The notes beneath the pieces are model-generated. The model did no database searches and was not told the origin of the DNA. It was given only the letters and a program-made list of their open reading frames with translations. From Lingula anatina (lineage: Eukaryota > Animalia > Brachiopoda), in contig CM120644.1 in assembly GCA_051362555.1 (NCBI GenBank), positions 13,538,567-13,602,566 on the forward strand: a stretch of DNA of 64,000 nucleotides, given 5' to 3'. Each line of letters begins with the position of its first letter. The stretch's first letter is position 1. The translations under genes and the position numbers were made by a program. Below, one piece after another: positions 38,701 to 52,912 of this stretch.

Positions 38701-40218
38701 ACTGGTGGCTGTGTCCCTTATTTTGCGTATGTGGGTGTCTTTACGAATGCGCTTGCTCCAGCTGGTGGTACAATATTCGGAGGCGGTATCGCCTCTCTGA
38801 TCCTCTAGTTTTAAAAACATTTTCAGAGGAGCCCTCATTAAGCCATGGTTGTTCACAGAAATCAAGGAACAGAGACACTGGGACATTTCTGCCAGTGAAA
38901 GGCTGGACATGCTGCAGTCATTCACCAACTATGGCTTGGAACACTGGGGCTCTGATGACCAGGGGGTGGACACCACCAGGAAGTTTTTACTGGAGTGGTT
39001 GTCTTTTCTGTACAGGTAATTTGCATAGTTTAAGCACAAACAGAGAGACATACTTCTAGGATAATGTTAAAACAAGTTTCTTTTCATTTCAAGTTGTTGA
39101 ATCTACTTGGTAAAATGTTAGAAGAACTTGATGTTTACTTTTTTCCTCAAACATCGACTCACTAGATACCTTCATCAGTCAGACATGACATGTAGATGTT
39201 GCTGGGGTCACATAATTTCTCACACCCTAATCTTCAACTTGACCCCCCTTACTGCCATGTCGTCTAAATATGTCCATGTTTATTTTTAGGAAAAATATAA
39301 TATAAGATCGTACAACAAAACTTATCATAAGGAAATTATTTAATAGCACACAAAGCCAAGTATATAAACACCATGGGTGAACGTTTTCTGGATTATGCCT
39401 GATTTCAAGATTTTCAGTCTTCATTTTGTCAAATTGATCATTTTGTTCATGTGGTCTAAATGCAGTGACAAATTGCAAGCTAGGTTTTCAGGTTTTTCAG
39501 GTTTTACGACTTAAACCCCATGATAAACACTTAGCCCTGTGTTCCTCTTTGTGTTAGGTATATCCCGGTTGGAGTGCTTGACAGAGTCCCTCAGAAGATT
39601 AACGAGAGGCCACAGCCGTTCTTTGGCCGTAATGACCTGGAGACTCTGATGGCCAGTGGAAACAGTGGAGACTGGGTCAAGATAAGGTGACCAATGATAA
39701 CTATTTATTTATTTATTTTTATTAACATATTTCAATGTGTTTAGATAAAAGGGATAAAATTTCTCCTTAGAAACTTTTTTTATAGATTTGTTTGATTAAA
39801 TAATTTTGATAAAACAACTTTTAAACCCAGAATATGGAAACCCCAACCTTTGTAATTAGCACTTGGATCATAATGTACAGCTCATGAAATTTGCAGAGCC
39901 TTTATTGTATAACTATACAATTAACTAGGAACACTTAGACGCTATGGAACCTCAAATTCCCTTTGGACTATTTGTTGCCTAAGGATAGCAATATATTGCA
40001 ACATCTTATGAGCTAAATAATTTGTAGTAGATGATAAGTTTGATCCGGGAGGGAACTCACAAACACGGTATTTATTTTATTTTAATAATTCATTAATTTT
40101 TTGGCCAATATACAATCTTGAATACTTCCTTTGTTTTTATTCCAGTGAGATGCTTTTGGGACCGGTCAAGCCAGGGTTCACTTTTCTTCCTAAGCACAAG
40201 GCAAACGCATACAAATAG
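29751..40218 (+). CDS. DUS3L: tRNA-dihydrouridine(47) synthase [NAD(P)+]-like, 11 exons
   Basis: Exons 29751-29908, 30327-31233, 31511-31552, 32019-32171, 32588-32704, 32997-33173, 33860-33956, 34293-34371, 38827-39015, 39558-39686 and 40146-40218 splice in frame. Motifs: two CCCH fingers, [63 protein letters not shown]. Confidence 0.96.
33124..33553 (+). repeat. 57-59-bp minisatellite made of the 3' end of DUS3L exon 6 plus its splice donor (7 full units and a partial one)
   Basis: Unit ctcacactgtgatccccagggtgaaggagtgggg(a/g)gtgtcactgatgaca|GTAAGTa. GTAAGT occurs at 33174, 33232, 33291, 33349, 33407, 33464 and 33521. Confidence 0.95.
34713..38810 (+). mobile_element. HINE family B, expanded copy in DUS3L intron 8
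   Basis: Same termini as 21591-23766, in reverse complement. About 18 units of the 146-bp repeat sit in two blocks separated by a duplicate of the array-flanking sequence (36451-36736 matches 35423-35706). Confidence 0.85.
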
Positions 40219-42515
40219 AGCAGAGTAAAGAGACAAACATCAAGTCCTTACATAGTGCTAACTCTTTTGAGGCAAGATTCCAGTTATTTATAGAAAAACA
40301 GGATTTACTAGATACAAAAGTTTTGATGCAGTGACATTGATTTTAGAGGCGTGTATTTTAATATTATGTGGTTTTAGCTAGATTACGAGGAAGATGTCTC
40401 CACATAAGAAAGAAAATGTATAAATATTATTAATATATAGTGATATGGAAGAGAATAAATTTGTCAAATTTTTAAAAAGGAAATATGATTTGTCATCATG
40501 GCATTGCCCCTGTAACATTTAGAAAACACATTCACAGGTATCTCAAACACGCGTAAACTGTAACGAAACCAACAAATTTCCAAAGAGGAAAGTTTGTGAA
40601 GCTTGTCCAACAAAACTGAGATGATATGTGAACAAAATTGTAACATTTCATGTCATTTTTACAAGTCTACAAAGCGCAGATTTTCTCAAGATTCCATCCC
40701 CCTACAGCGTGCACATGGTGAAAAGCTAAAACTCAAGCCCTTTGACAGCAATTAGGATAACTTTTTGTCGAACACGTACAGTGAACAGTAATTGCCCCCC
40801 ACCCCACCCCCCAGAGTACGGCCTGTGGACTTGTGAAAATAATGACGATAAGATGAATGACCTCTAGGCATGTACAGATGGTGAAACAGAAATCTAACGA
40901 TTTGTGTGTATGAGCAACGGAGAAAAGTTCAGATCTTGAGTTTGTAAATATTTGGGTGTTGTACGTCCTTGGGTCCTTCGTAGGTTATAAAAAGTTAACT
41001 GTAAACTGCGATAACTGGGGTCAGCAAGTGTTCCAGATAAACCCAGTGACACTAAGAAAAAACTACAAAAAAAATCTAATTAAAAAACCTGCTTACTGAA
41101 CTTTTGCAGTACGTTGCAAAATATGGTTGAAATCACAAAATCCCTGTCGACTTTTGCGCCGCGGCTTTGTTGAAGACATTGGAGGGGGGGGGGGGGGGTA
41201 ACATTGCCGTACGGAGAGTTTTTATTTATTTCTGTATATTTCATTTAATAAACGATAAAAAATATTTGTCATTAATTTCTTAGACCGAGCGCTTCCTTTC
41301 ACAAAAAAGTTGATAAAAGGAAAGTTTTTTTCAAAAACAAATAAAACGCTCTTCTAATTAAGTAGGACCAACGTTAACTGAGTGTAAGCAAATATATTTC
41401 TGGATAATAATACTGGACACGTGGAAGTTTATTTGTTGAGATCTTGCAAATGTTTATACATCATCGTAGGCCTGGATATAAGGTCGCCTAAATATTGACA
41501 TATTTATTTGTATTGTACAATGTTGAGTACATTTTATCAACTAATCAGCAGATAATCTGCCTAGTGGTAATATATGCTAATATTTATAGAAAGTCTATAT
41601 GGATACGCGCACATCATAAACAATACTATCATTTCATAGCCAGCCCTGTCAACCATGCTGTAATAAGTTTGAACTGTCTCTTTTTGTTTGCGTCGATCTT
41701 TTCACTTGGGCTGTGCTAGCTATTAATTTACACAACGTACTCCGAGACACCAAACAAAAGGTGGTACTATGAAGCCTGTTCAATAAACAGAATTGCAATA
41801 AAGTGTAAAGAAATATGTAATTAATAAAGTAAAAATAAACAGATAAGGGTAAATGTTGGTCATAATTTTCCCTGAGAAAAAAATATCATTTTTAGGGCCA
41901 CTTTCTGCTCCCATAGTTAATGCTATTACATTTCTTAAATACACACATCTATTACCAAGAAAAACACAAGAAAACCAAGGGAATCGATATTGAAAACGTG
42001 AATAATATGCGAATCGTAGCAACCAGGTGCAAGTTCTTGTGACGGAGGTGTCTCGCCTCGTGCATAGCCTCGAACCCTCTCAGTTGTCTAACTTGGTGCG
42101 TAGCCTCGACTCCTCTTATCTCCAATGAACTCAATCGGTGCACTAAAACTACTAGTGCACCTTCTGACCCGCCTTTAACCATCCGCAGTGTGCGCAAGGC
42201 CTTCTCGATCAGACGCAGGTTGATTTGCAGCCAAACTGCGTTTAAATGGCATGTCAAATAAATGTAAGCTGAAATAATTTTTTGAAAAATTACAAAGCGC
42301 ACTTAGTGAAATGCACACTTTTTCTGATGCGTTCATGGTATCGAAAATGCTGATTTTGACTCTCCCCCCACCCTTCCCACTACCACTGTTGATAATGGTT
42401 TTTATATTAAAATTGGGAGTGGGCAAAGAAAACGACTGACGTAATTTTTTTTAAACTTACTGAATACCCGAACGATATTCCAGTGTCAAAATCTCACTAA
42501 AGCACTCCAGCCTAC

Positions 42516-42572
<57 letters not shown>

Positions 42573-44597
42573 GTGCCTTTGACCCCTTTTTAACCTTCAT
42601 AATCTGATGAGCACTAAGCTATCAGACGTGTCAATATCAACCCAGATGTTGGACATCTATGCTATCAAGAATTGGAAAGTAATTTGTAATTTGTAAATAT
42701 CGAAACTTATAAATATTTACATCGAAATCTTATCCGGCTGAAAATGATTTGACATGTACGATAACACACTACGAGAGACCGGTAGCGTTTAAAGGATTCG
42801 ATCGAGCTATTTAAATGGTTTTGCATTCTGCAATAAAAACGTTATGTATATATCCATGCATTTCCCGCCAAATAATTCGTAAAGGGTTTTCCAAGAAAGC
42901 TGAAAGGTGCTATCTAGAAACACGTATGGATGATTATCATCACAAATGAAGAATACCCTTTAGTTATTGGTCGTTTTCACCGTAGACAGGTGTGAATTCT
43001 GTAATCTTTAGATCCTAACGAAACTAGTGTCACGAAACAGCGTTCCAAAATTGCCAGTGACAAATCATTGGATGACCAGTTCTAAAAAGGTGTAGATTTC
43101 ACGCTTTTATAAGACTTTCATTTAAACCCATAAGGTATTTATTTCGCATACGAGGAAAAATTTTCACAATCATAATTAGATTTCATAGGTAAGAAAATGA
43201 ATGACAGTTGATAACCTTATCTGAAAAGCCGACATCTTCAAGCCTCCTCTTAAACTTGTTTTATTAGAATTTTAGATAGACAATGGTTTTTCAGCATTTA
43301 TGCTTTAAACACAATATCACAAATGAAACCAACACTCCAATTTCCGTAGTTTTATCTGTGACGCGTGCTGGATAGTAAAAATTCCCTATGGCTTCATATT
43401 ACACCGCATCTTGGCTCTAAAACTTACCTAGAGCGCCCTGGACCTGAATACAATTAGAAGTTTGACGTTATACAGTTACCAGGCCCCGATGTATTCCGCG
43501 AGGCCGTGTGCTTGCATCCCGTAACGTCACGCGGAGAACGTTATCAGCAAATGTACTAACCAAGTGCAATATACTCGGATCGCTTAAAGTTGCACTGTGC
43601 ATGTGCATAGATAATTATTAGCCAGAACTTTGCACTAATGACTTCACTGTACAGTATTATACATATACCTTTGTGACAGACTGAGTTGAACTGCAGTGCG
43701 ACGAAGGCTCGGGAGAGAAGGCATCGACAGAGAAGAAAGGTAGGCAGTTTCGCTGATATTATTAAGTCTTTAATGAAATGTTATATAATTTAAATACACT
43801 TCTTAGGGACATGTGTTATTGTGACTCATAAGGTAATTTCAATTCATTTATTTTCTTTCGCGAAAAACGCTAGGCAGTGATAAAGGTTTTGTAATCTATT
43901 ATTCGGTTATAACTGGACCGGACGGAGTATGTGTGATGGAGGGGCAGCGTTGTCAGCTAGACTAAATTTTAAGTCAAGAAGTAACAGATTAAAAAACTTC
44001 ATCTATTTAAAGTACGACCAAATGATTACATATATTTTACGCAGTATTACAATACAGTGAGTTCTGTACACCATAAAACGGTACTCACTCTCTTGGTCGG
44101 AACTAACTTGCTATTGTGAATTGGGATTGTACTTTTAATTGTTAAAACGACGCAATACCGAAAATCTCTTGACTTCGACTTTTCGAATTGTAAACCTGCG
44201 CCACATTTCATTCAAATTTTGTTGTTGCAAATTACTATGCGTCGAAGCAATGATCTGCGTGTATGCAAGAGTTGCAGGTAAACGGCCCAAACAAAGCGAA
44301 TATTTCAATCAGCATTTAATTAAAGGTTCACCAAGCCTCTAAGTAAAATCAGCACGCAAATGCTTTGTTTGTGTTTTGCCAGTTTTAGACGACCAAACGT
44401 CCCGTCACCTTAAACTGAATCAGTACACTGTTATATTACCACTAGTAGTACTGCATCGGTTTTTCTTATTTCCCACACCGAACCGAGAAAGTGGAGTTAT
44501 TTATTATCGAGTTATTGGTCTATTTTTGAAAGTAAAAGCCTGTTTTAATGAAATACTAGTTTTCCAGTCGTATTTTACATAAGGGAAGTTTTGAAAG

Positions 44598-44747
44598 TCT
44601 CATACTGGACTTTCGACCTTTGTCGTTGCGTCTCCCTCTCGGAAACTTCAACAGGTCTGTTGAGAATATGGGTAAAATATTCTAATTCTTGTTACGCAAC
44701 TTGCAATAAAGTCAGTTAGACCGAAATGGTAAGTCCAGTATTAGATA
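44598..44747. repeat. Degenerate inverted-repeat element upstream of the first PTCHD3-like coding exon
   Basis: tctcatactggactt pairs with aagtccagtattaga. Confidence 0.4.
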
Positions 44748-44841
44748 AAGAAACGTCATATAAGCATGCTTTATCTGAATTCATGATTTTTAAAAAAATC
44801 TTTTTTAAACAGAACTTGAATTAGACGACAACAGAACAAAG

Positions 44842-45852
44842 ATGACACGCCGCTGGAACTGCGTGGAGAGACCCCTGAGTCGGGTTTTCTATCGTCATGG
44901 GGCGTTTCTCGCAAGGCACCCCTTCTTTTTCTTCCTGGTACCTCTTCTACTCGCCATTGTGCTGTCTACAGGGATGAATCACTTTACTCAGGTAAAGTAA
45001 ATAGTAATTGTATTTCATTTTAAATGATAATTTTTTTTCAAAAACTTCAACCCGTGGGTTGAAATTTTTCATGACTATTATAGAGGGATTCTAATAACGA
45101 AATTGTACATGTATAATAATTCAGAACGTAAAATAGAGATAGCTGGTTACTCGGAACACAAAATAAACCGACACGATTTTAAAAGCGCACTACAGAATGA
45201 CATAAACTGTATAATAATACGTTTGTTGAGCACTAAATGATATAATTACATTTGCAGGCTCACTAGACTACATTATTTACACAATATATAAGGATATACA
45301 TTTATAAATGTTCACATATGCAGTATGCTAAATTACACGTGTTAATGCGTATTATGCTATAAAATAACATATTTATTTGATTTTGGAAATCCAATACACA
45401 AAACATTTACTTGATAATGATTACAACGATATATTGCCCAGCTCTTTCACCATCAGCGCCAATCATTACGAAGTGTATGCTATCCGTCCAGACTGTGTGT
45501 GAAATCAGCATTTCCTATGACTGTTGGACTTTGTACAGGTTTCATTCAATACTCGCGTCTGGTATATTATTAACATTGATTACACGTCGAGCCCACGATT
45601 TTGAGCACTTTCCATCATCAAATGTCAGCATATTATACCCCCCATATCTTTATTTGAACGTTTCTCAGACGTATATCAAAAGAAATTAATATGGCCTTTT
45701 GATTATCCCTCTTTTACTAATTTTCTTTATTCAAATTTGAATAACTGTTTTTCTTTCGCTCGTGTTCGAAACAGACTGTTTAACCTCTATTAAATATAAT
45801 CGTTATGATAAAGCCTGTTGCCCTGTTGCTTTTTAATTTATTCTTTGTATCT

Positions 45853-45897
<45 letters not shown>

Positions 45898-46482
45898 GGG
45901 GGGGGGGGACTTAATGTGGACAACGTGTCAGGGACCACAGTACTGAAAAAAGTTGTAATTAATATTTTCAAAATTTTCATACTAGGTGTGTTATTAATTT
46001 AATCAGTTGAAGTCTGTCTTTGTCTGAGAAAATTCTCACATGGGAAGCTAAGATGTATAAGTAGCTTAGGTAATATTCCACACCCTAGCAGGTCAACTTT
46101 TAATGTCCTTTGTTTCAAGCTCGTAATCCGTTAGGGCTTGATTACATGGAGTTATTGGGAGTGCCCGCCATGACGGGTGGACTTGTGTCTGAAGTAACTA
46201 ATCGGTTTATTAATTGATAAAGTTTAGCATAAAATTCTGTGACCTAAAATTTGGGAGACTAGAGAAAGAGGATTAGATTGAGACTAAGATTGGATCTTTA
46301 TTGTGCCATGTGTCTTTTAAATTAGCAAAATATATATTGTTAAAGTTACAACATGAGGTCGTTTAATTCTTCGTTTAAGATATGGAACCTGGGAATCTCC
46401 GTAATAGTTTTACAGATCGCGTAACGCCGTTATCCAAAGATGTGCGCCCATTCTGCCCAAGTCCTGAGGTTTAATTATAAAG

Positions 46483-46516
<34 letters not shown>

Positions 46517-49500
46517 GTATTTTGTGGGCCGGGATAGTCATAATATAGGGCCCTAACAAGCGGATGTATAAAACCTAAGTCAGATAAGTTTGTGTATTTT
46601 CATGTATTTATCGCATTGGATCTGTAAAAGTATTGTGAGTTCCCGAAAACCCATTTACACTCGGGAATGGACACTTGCCTACCCCCCCCCCCCCCCACCA
46701 CCACCACCCTATCTCTTAGCAAATAGCCCCAAAAAGGTATGACAACCGAAACGAGGCAAGGTCAGATTTTTTTTCAACGCCGTCCTACATAATTTAGTTA
46801 ATTTTCATCGTCTACTGCTTTATTTTTCCCTGGCTTCACTCGCTAAATTTTATCCTATCAACTCTCCCAAGTCAAGCAAAACCCGCCAATGTAAAAATGA
46901 GAAATAACAAATGGACTCTAATTAAGAAAAAAGAGGATTTATCAAGTTGATTTGCAGGTACAATTCTTAATTTAATCCATCTTTCAGGTGTATGACATTG
47001 AGTATCTCTTCACGCCAGAGAACGGACGCGGTAAGCTCGAGCGCACGACGGTGGAGCACCTCTTTCCGACAAACACCACCAAAAACTTCAACGCCCACCG
47101 CCTGAACAGAGAGGGCCGTTACAGTCGTCTAATCATCACCGCCAAAGACGACGGCGATGTCTTGCGTGAGGACATTTTGCGGCAAGTTCTAGAAATTGAC
47201 AAGACTGTCAATAATATCTCCGTTGATGGTTATAAATTTATTGACATCTGCGGGCGATGGGAAGACGCCTGCGCCGTCACCAACCCCTTTCTCGTCGCCC
47301 TGAATTATAACGCTAGTAACATCCGTGGGGTGTCGCTTTCCTACCCAACCTACGATATGCCCATCAGGGTGCCCATCCCAAATACACCGTACCTCAGAAC
47401 CGTCTTTCTGCCGCTGTTTCTAGGAGGTTCTCTCGGAGGCGCCGACGTAGATGAGGAAAAGAAACTCCAAGAATCCAAAGCAATCCAGCTGGTGTACTAC
47501 CTAGACGAAACCGGCAATGGCTCCTTAACCGACGAATGGGAACAGGCCTTCATGCACGAGTTCGAAGAATTGGTGACGTCAGACAAGTTTTCTGACGTCA
47601 ACGTCGCCTACTTTACGTCACAAACCTTGCAGACCGAGCTGGCAAAGAACCGCGAAATGGTGATCCCGCTTTTCACCATCACTATTGCTATACTGGTGTT
47701 GTTCTCCGTTCTCTCCTGTCTGATGTCGGATTGGGTTCGCAGCAAGCCGTGGCTGGGGGTACTGGGGGTGGTTACGGCGGCGCTTGCCATCATTTCTTCC
47801 TTTGGCTTACTGCTACATATTGGAGTGGAGTACAACGACATCGTGGCCGTCACGCCCTTCTTAATTCTAGGTAAGGGTTATATCACGTTTGAAGTGTGTT
47901 TGTGCTTGCGTGTGTGCGCCATTTGTGACATCATCTATTTAAAGCAGTGGCGTAGTCGTCTGTTTCAATTTCATCCTAAACGACGTTTATTGTGGTACGC
48001 ATAGGGGCCTCTAAAATAGTATACAGAATAACAATAATTTATAACAGACCTTGTGGTCAGAGAGTGTTGTCACTGAAACTAAGACTATGTTCCCATGACT
48101 AGATCGATCCATCTGGATCGGTCTAACTCCCTGGGGAGGCTCAGTAAATTGCTATCAACTAACCGGCTTAAATATCTGTCGCGCCTACAGAATCAGCCAG
48201 TAGATAAATTATAAAGCTAATTACTAACAGCTTTACAAGGCGTGACAGATATTTAAGACAGATAAGTTGAAAGCAATTTAGTGAGACTCCCCAGGGAGAT
48301 AGATCGATCCAAATATCTGTGGGAATGGTCCCTAAAACGTGTTAGTACTGTTGGGACAGTAATCTTTAAAGCGATATTCCCTCTAGCCCTTATTTCGTAT
48401 TTAAAAACTACACCGTTATGCGCGATGTTACAGTAGATACTTGGGAGACGTATATGTGTCAGGGGCAAAATTCAAAGATCAAAAAAGGTGTTTATTTTCT
48501 GGATTTCCGTTCACTTCTTCTGTTGTTCATGATTATTTCATTGGACACATATGTCATGTGGCGCTATTAAATGTTTCACTAGCAACTTGCACTATGTGGT
48601 AGGGGCAAAAGTCAAAGACCAAAGAAGAAAAAAATATATGTTTTGTAGGTAGTCATACGAAGGGCAAGTATCAGCGATCAAAGTCGCTGTTTTGAATTCT
48701 TTATCACGATTACTTTATTGAACGAACAACAATGGTTGCATTGTAGTCTTAAGGGTATAGAGTATTCTTGTACACAGCACAATCGCGAGAAAAGGTAATT
48801 TAGAATTTTGTGTGTGTGGGAGGGGGGGGGGATGCTGGCTGGAAAGGTGGGAAGACTCTCCACGTGCCTGTGCTACCTAAAACGTGGGTAAAAAAAAGCC
48901 CCCCCCCCCCACCTCTATGTTTTTATGTACAAAAGGTAAGGCGGTATCATAACAAATATATTTTGTTGACGAGTAGGCCACTGATAGTAGCCCGAATGAT
49001 GACATTTTCCATTAATAGCCTAAATAGTACTCGTTTACAAAAATCATTTTATATAATTATTAAAATATCTCCCCAGTAGTTGGACAATAGGCCTACAAAT
49101 CAACTTTCTTTCACATGACAAACATATGAAACAAAGTAAGAGAGATAGAACGATAATCTGCTTTCCCCAATGATGAGCATAATAAAAAGAATACCTTCAT
49201 GTGACGTTCTGGCAGTAGGGACACTTTGAGCAGTACAAAGTTCAAGGCAATGTCGCGTCTAGGCTCTTGCACACTACCCTTAGGCGGTACATCCAGGAGC
49301 CTTTAACATTGATATCTGGTATATTGATAAGGTTATAAGTCATATATTAGTACTGGCACCTGGGTGTACTGCTTGACATGTAAGCAATCTTTATATACAG
49401 TATATTCGACATTTGTTTGGTTATCGGTCGCGCACTGACTGGCCCTCTGACGGGGTCAGCGGAATCACACGGGTCGTGGACATTACCTTTTCATTTTCGA

Positions 49501-50690
49501 TACTCAATTTGTGGATAGCTTTGACAACTTGGGTTCTATCACAGATTCATGACTGTCTTGATTGAATGAATTTCAGTTTTCTGATCTGCTTTCTCAGCTT
49601 CGCCCAAAGGCTTAAATTGTCTGGAAAAAAAAAAAAAAAGAAAAACGGGAGAGCATCTGGGCATTAATTGTGGCTTTTAAATATGTATATTTTTTCTGTG
49701 TAGTTTTGGTCCTAAAACTTTATCACAACTTTTTTTCGATTTAATTTATTCACCTGTCTAGATTTTCCAACACTGGTTTCTTTATCTTTAAGAATTGACG
49801 TCAATTATCAATACTTAACTGTGCACCGATTGACGTCGCCTCTTGAAATTACGAGCGGGTAACAATTTAGGACTTCCTAAAAGGCATTTCTTTACTGATG
49901 AAAAAGGAAACCGTTTCTAAAAGGAATCTAAATGTGTTTTTCCACCAATAAAGTATAACGCTCCCACCCTTCACTCTATTTTTATCATCATCACACAAGA
50001 CTCAATGTAAAACCTGGTCCATGTCCTCACTGTGTACTTTGATGAACTTACAAGGCACAGTCTGTACACGTGAAAATTAATGTTTTACCTGTAATAAGTA
50101 ATTTATAAGGCCACATCCTTTAAATATATATGTATGACCCTAACCATCTTCCATCGAAAGAATAGGCATAGTTCACGATAAATCACTTGACTTTTGGCGA
50201 CAAAAGCACAAGTGGACGTTTTCATTTATCACAGTATATAATACATTATAAATTGACGTATCCGAAAATAGAGTGACAATTATATCTTAAGTATTTACCA
50301 AAATGGTTGTCAGATATCAGTTTTCTACATAATTACATTTTACTTGTAATTGCCATTTACTTGTAATTAATTTACTTGTTATTGAATATTGTTAAATTGT
50401 TTGAACATGATCTTCAGGAAAACAAATAAAAAAAAAGATTTCTTGGTAGTTTCGAGAGGAACAAAATTGCTCTTATATATTGCATCTTAGAATATTTCAA
50501 GCAAGAAAGGCGTGCGAATGGTAAAAAGAAAGCGAACCAATATATTTACAGTCATTAAGTAGTTCACAAACCTATACTTACATATTTTTTATTGAAAGTC
50601 ATTTTCTTTTTAAAGTTTGACTCGTGTTCCTGTTCTCACACATTTTAGCGTGCACGCACGCACACGCACAAGCACACACACACACACACT

Positions 50691-50722
<32 letters not shown>

Positions 50723-52856
50723 GAGATCACCTTGGTAAAATCGTCAGATTTCTTATAACAATCAAAAGTAATCAGCCAACACTCTCATGTATGGCGTCAA
50801 TAAATTATTCTTCCAGGTATTGGTGTGGACAACATGTTTGTGATGTTGGCCTCATGGCGGGAGACAGACCCTAGAGACAGCGTGGAGAAGAGGATGGCGG
50901 GAACGTTCTCAGACGCTGGCGTCTCTATCACCATCACGGCCATTACGGACGTCGTTTCCTTCGTCGTCGGCTCCATCACTTTCTACCCGTCTGTCCGGAT
51001 TTTCTGTCTTTATGCAGGTATGGAAATAGGTACACTTTAAATAAATAAATAAAAACATAACTGTTGCATAAATAAAAGTATTTGATAGAATAAATGTTTT
51101 TTCAACGATAAAAATATATTTCTAAAGGACCAAATTGTTTCGTGACGTTCAGTATTAAAAAAAAAAAAAACTCGCAAAAGTAGTGGTTTTGCCGATGTAA
51201 TAATTGCAGTACATCAATTTAAGTGCAAGTGAACATATGAAAGAACAGATTGATAAGATGAAATGGAGAGAGGGGAGATGAATGAGTAGATTTACGAAGC
51301 ATAGATAATTATTAATCCCAAAATTATTATTAAAAAGCAACAACACTTTTAGCACAAAAGATGACATAATTTTAAGGGCCACTCGTCTATATTTATCTAA
51401 CATATTCAAATTGAGTTTTACGGTAGTCCAATTTAGAAGTCCTATGATCGGCGCGTGCTTTATTAGAACGGTTACATGTCACGCTCGAGCTTGACAACAG
51501 TCACCAAGGGCAAATCACTACATGTCCCACCACACTGGAGTGCGGAAAGAGAACTTTGGACATTGTGTAATTAGTGGCGACAACGGGGCCTTATCAGGAC
51601 ACGATTGGCCTTCATTGGCGGATGTAGGGTTTTGCTGGGGAAGAGGGGGGGGCACAAGGATGAAAAATAAGATAAGAATTTATTGAGCCAATAAATGTAT
51701 AAAGATACGAGCATCGGGAAGCGTTTTACTTTAAAAGATAAAACTAATATAAATGAGCATTGGAATGTTTATGACTAAGGCTGAAAGGTGGAATTAAAAG
51801 GTCGAATTAAAGGTGGAATTAAAATACTAAAGATTACATACTGCTTAGAGATAAAAATTCATTAAACCCGTTTACTGCCCTTATAGGCAGAAGCGCACTG
51901 TTGCTAGGTAATGATTTAAATGAGGATTTGTTAGATTGGTTGGATCCCCAAAATTCGTTCCGTTGTTTTTTCCATTCTAAGTTTCATGTGGCCACCCAAT
52001 TGAAAAAGATCTCTACCGGTTATTTTACTATGGATACTATTGATATAGTTCTCTTTTTAGAGGTATAACCCAAAGACTGTGCCCCCTCTGGATCAGCTAC
52101 TGACCTTTTACTGGCTTTACGGAAGGGAGAAGGGGTAGGCCTACATCCGAATCTAAAGGGGGGGGGGGAGGTGTCACGTGGTCCACTGTCTCACCCCCCC
52201 CCTCCCCCGGACCCACCACTGCTCCTCTTTCTGGATACGTTTGTCTGTAGATAAAGTGGCCTATCCTTGAACTTACAGCTCTCTTTGCTTCCGAACTTTG
52301 ATAAATAATTGATAGTGACTGATAAATAATTAACTGTGTCCTTGTTCAGTATCTTATTGTCCTTGTGTAGATGTACTGCGCGACACCGAACTTATCGCTC
52401 CTGCAAAGGTTAACAATTTTATTTTTAAATGCCTCTTATAATACAAAAGTGATGTTGATTTTTTATTTCGTTGTATGATACAGTGGTATATTCATTTTAA
52501 TTCAATATTACGTGATATACGTACTTATAAACAATTCCGTTTAAAGAAAGAATATTTTTTGTTCAAAATAATGTGATTTTTAGATTGATTACTTAATGAA
52601 CCGGTGAACTTGGCACTAATGTATTGAACTGTACGGGGTCTTATTGAAGCGCACTATTGATCATCTGCTAGAGAAAAGCGTTCTACTGGGTATAACATTT
52701 GCAAGATTTGACGAGCATGTGTTACCAAAAACCGCGTGAGTTCTTAAAAAACAAAAAAAGTGGTTCATGTAACCCAAAACACAAAAATCTTGAAAATCCT
52801 CAACACTGGCGGCATTATCGTGAGAATTCGGTGAATCCAGAGATTTAGTGTATCTA

Positions 52857-52912
<56 letters not shown>

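Noticed and set aside
41952-42302. 116-aa ORF with a short two-copy repeat and a C-x-KAFS-like string on the other strand
   Set aside because: There is no complete C2H2 pattern or splice context. It is probably a repeat remnant.
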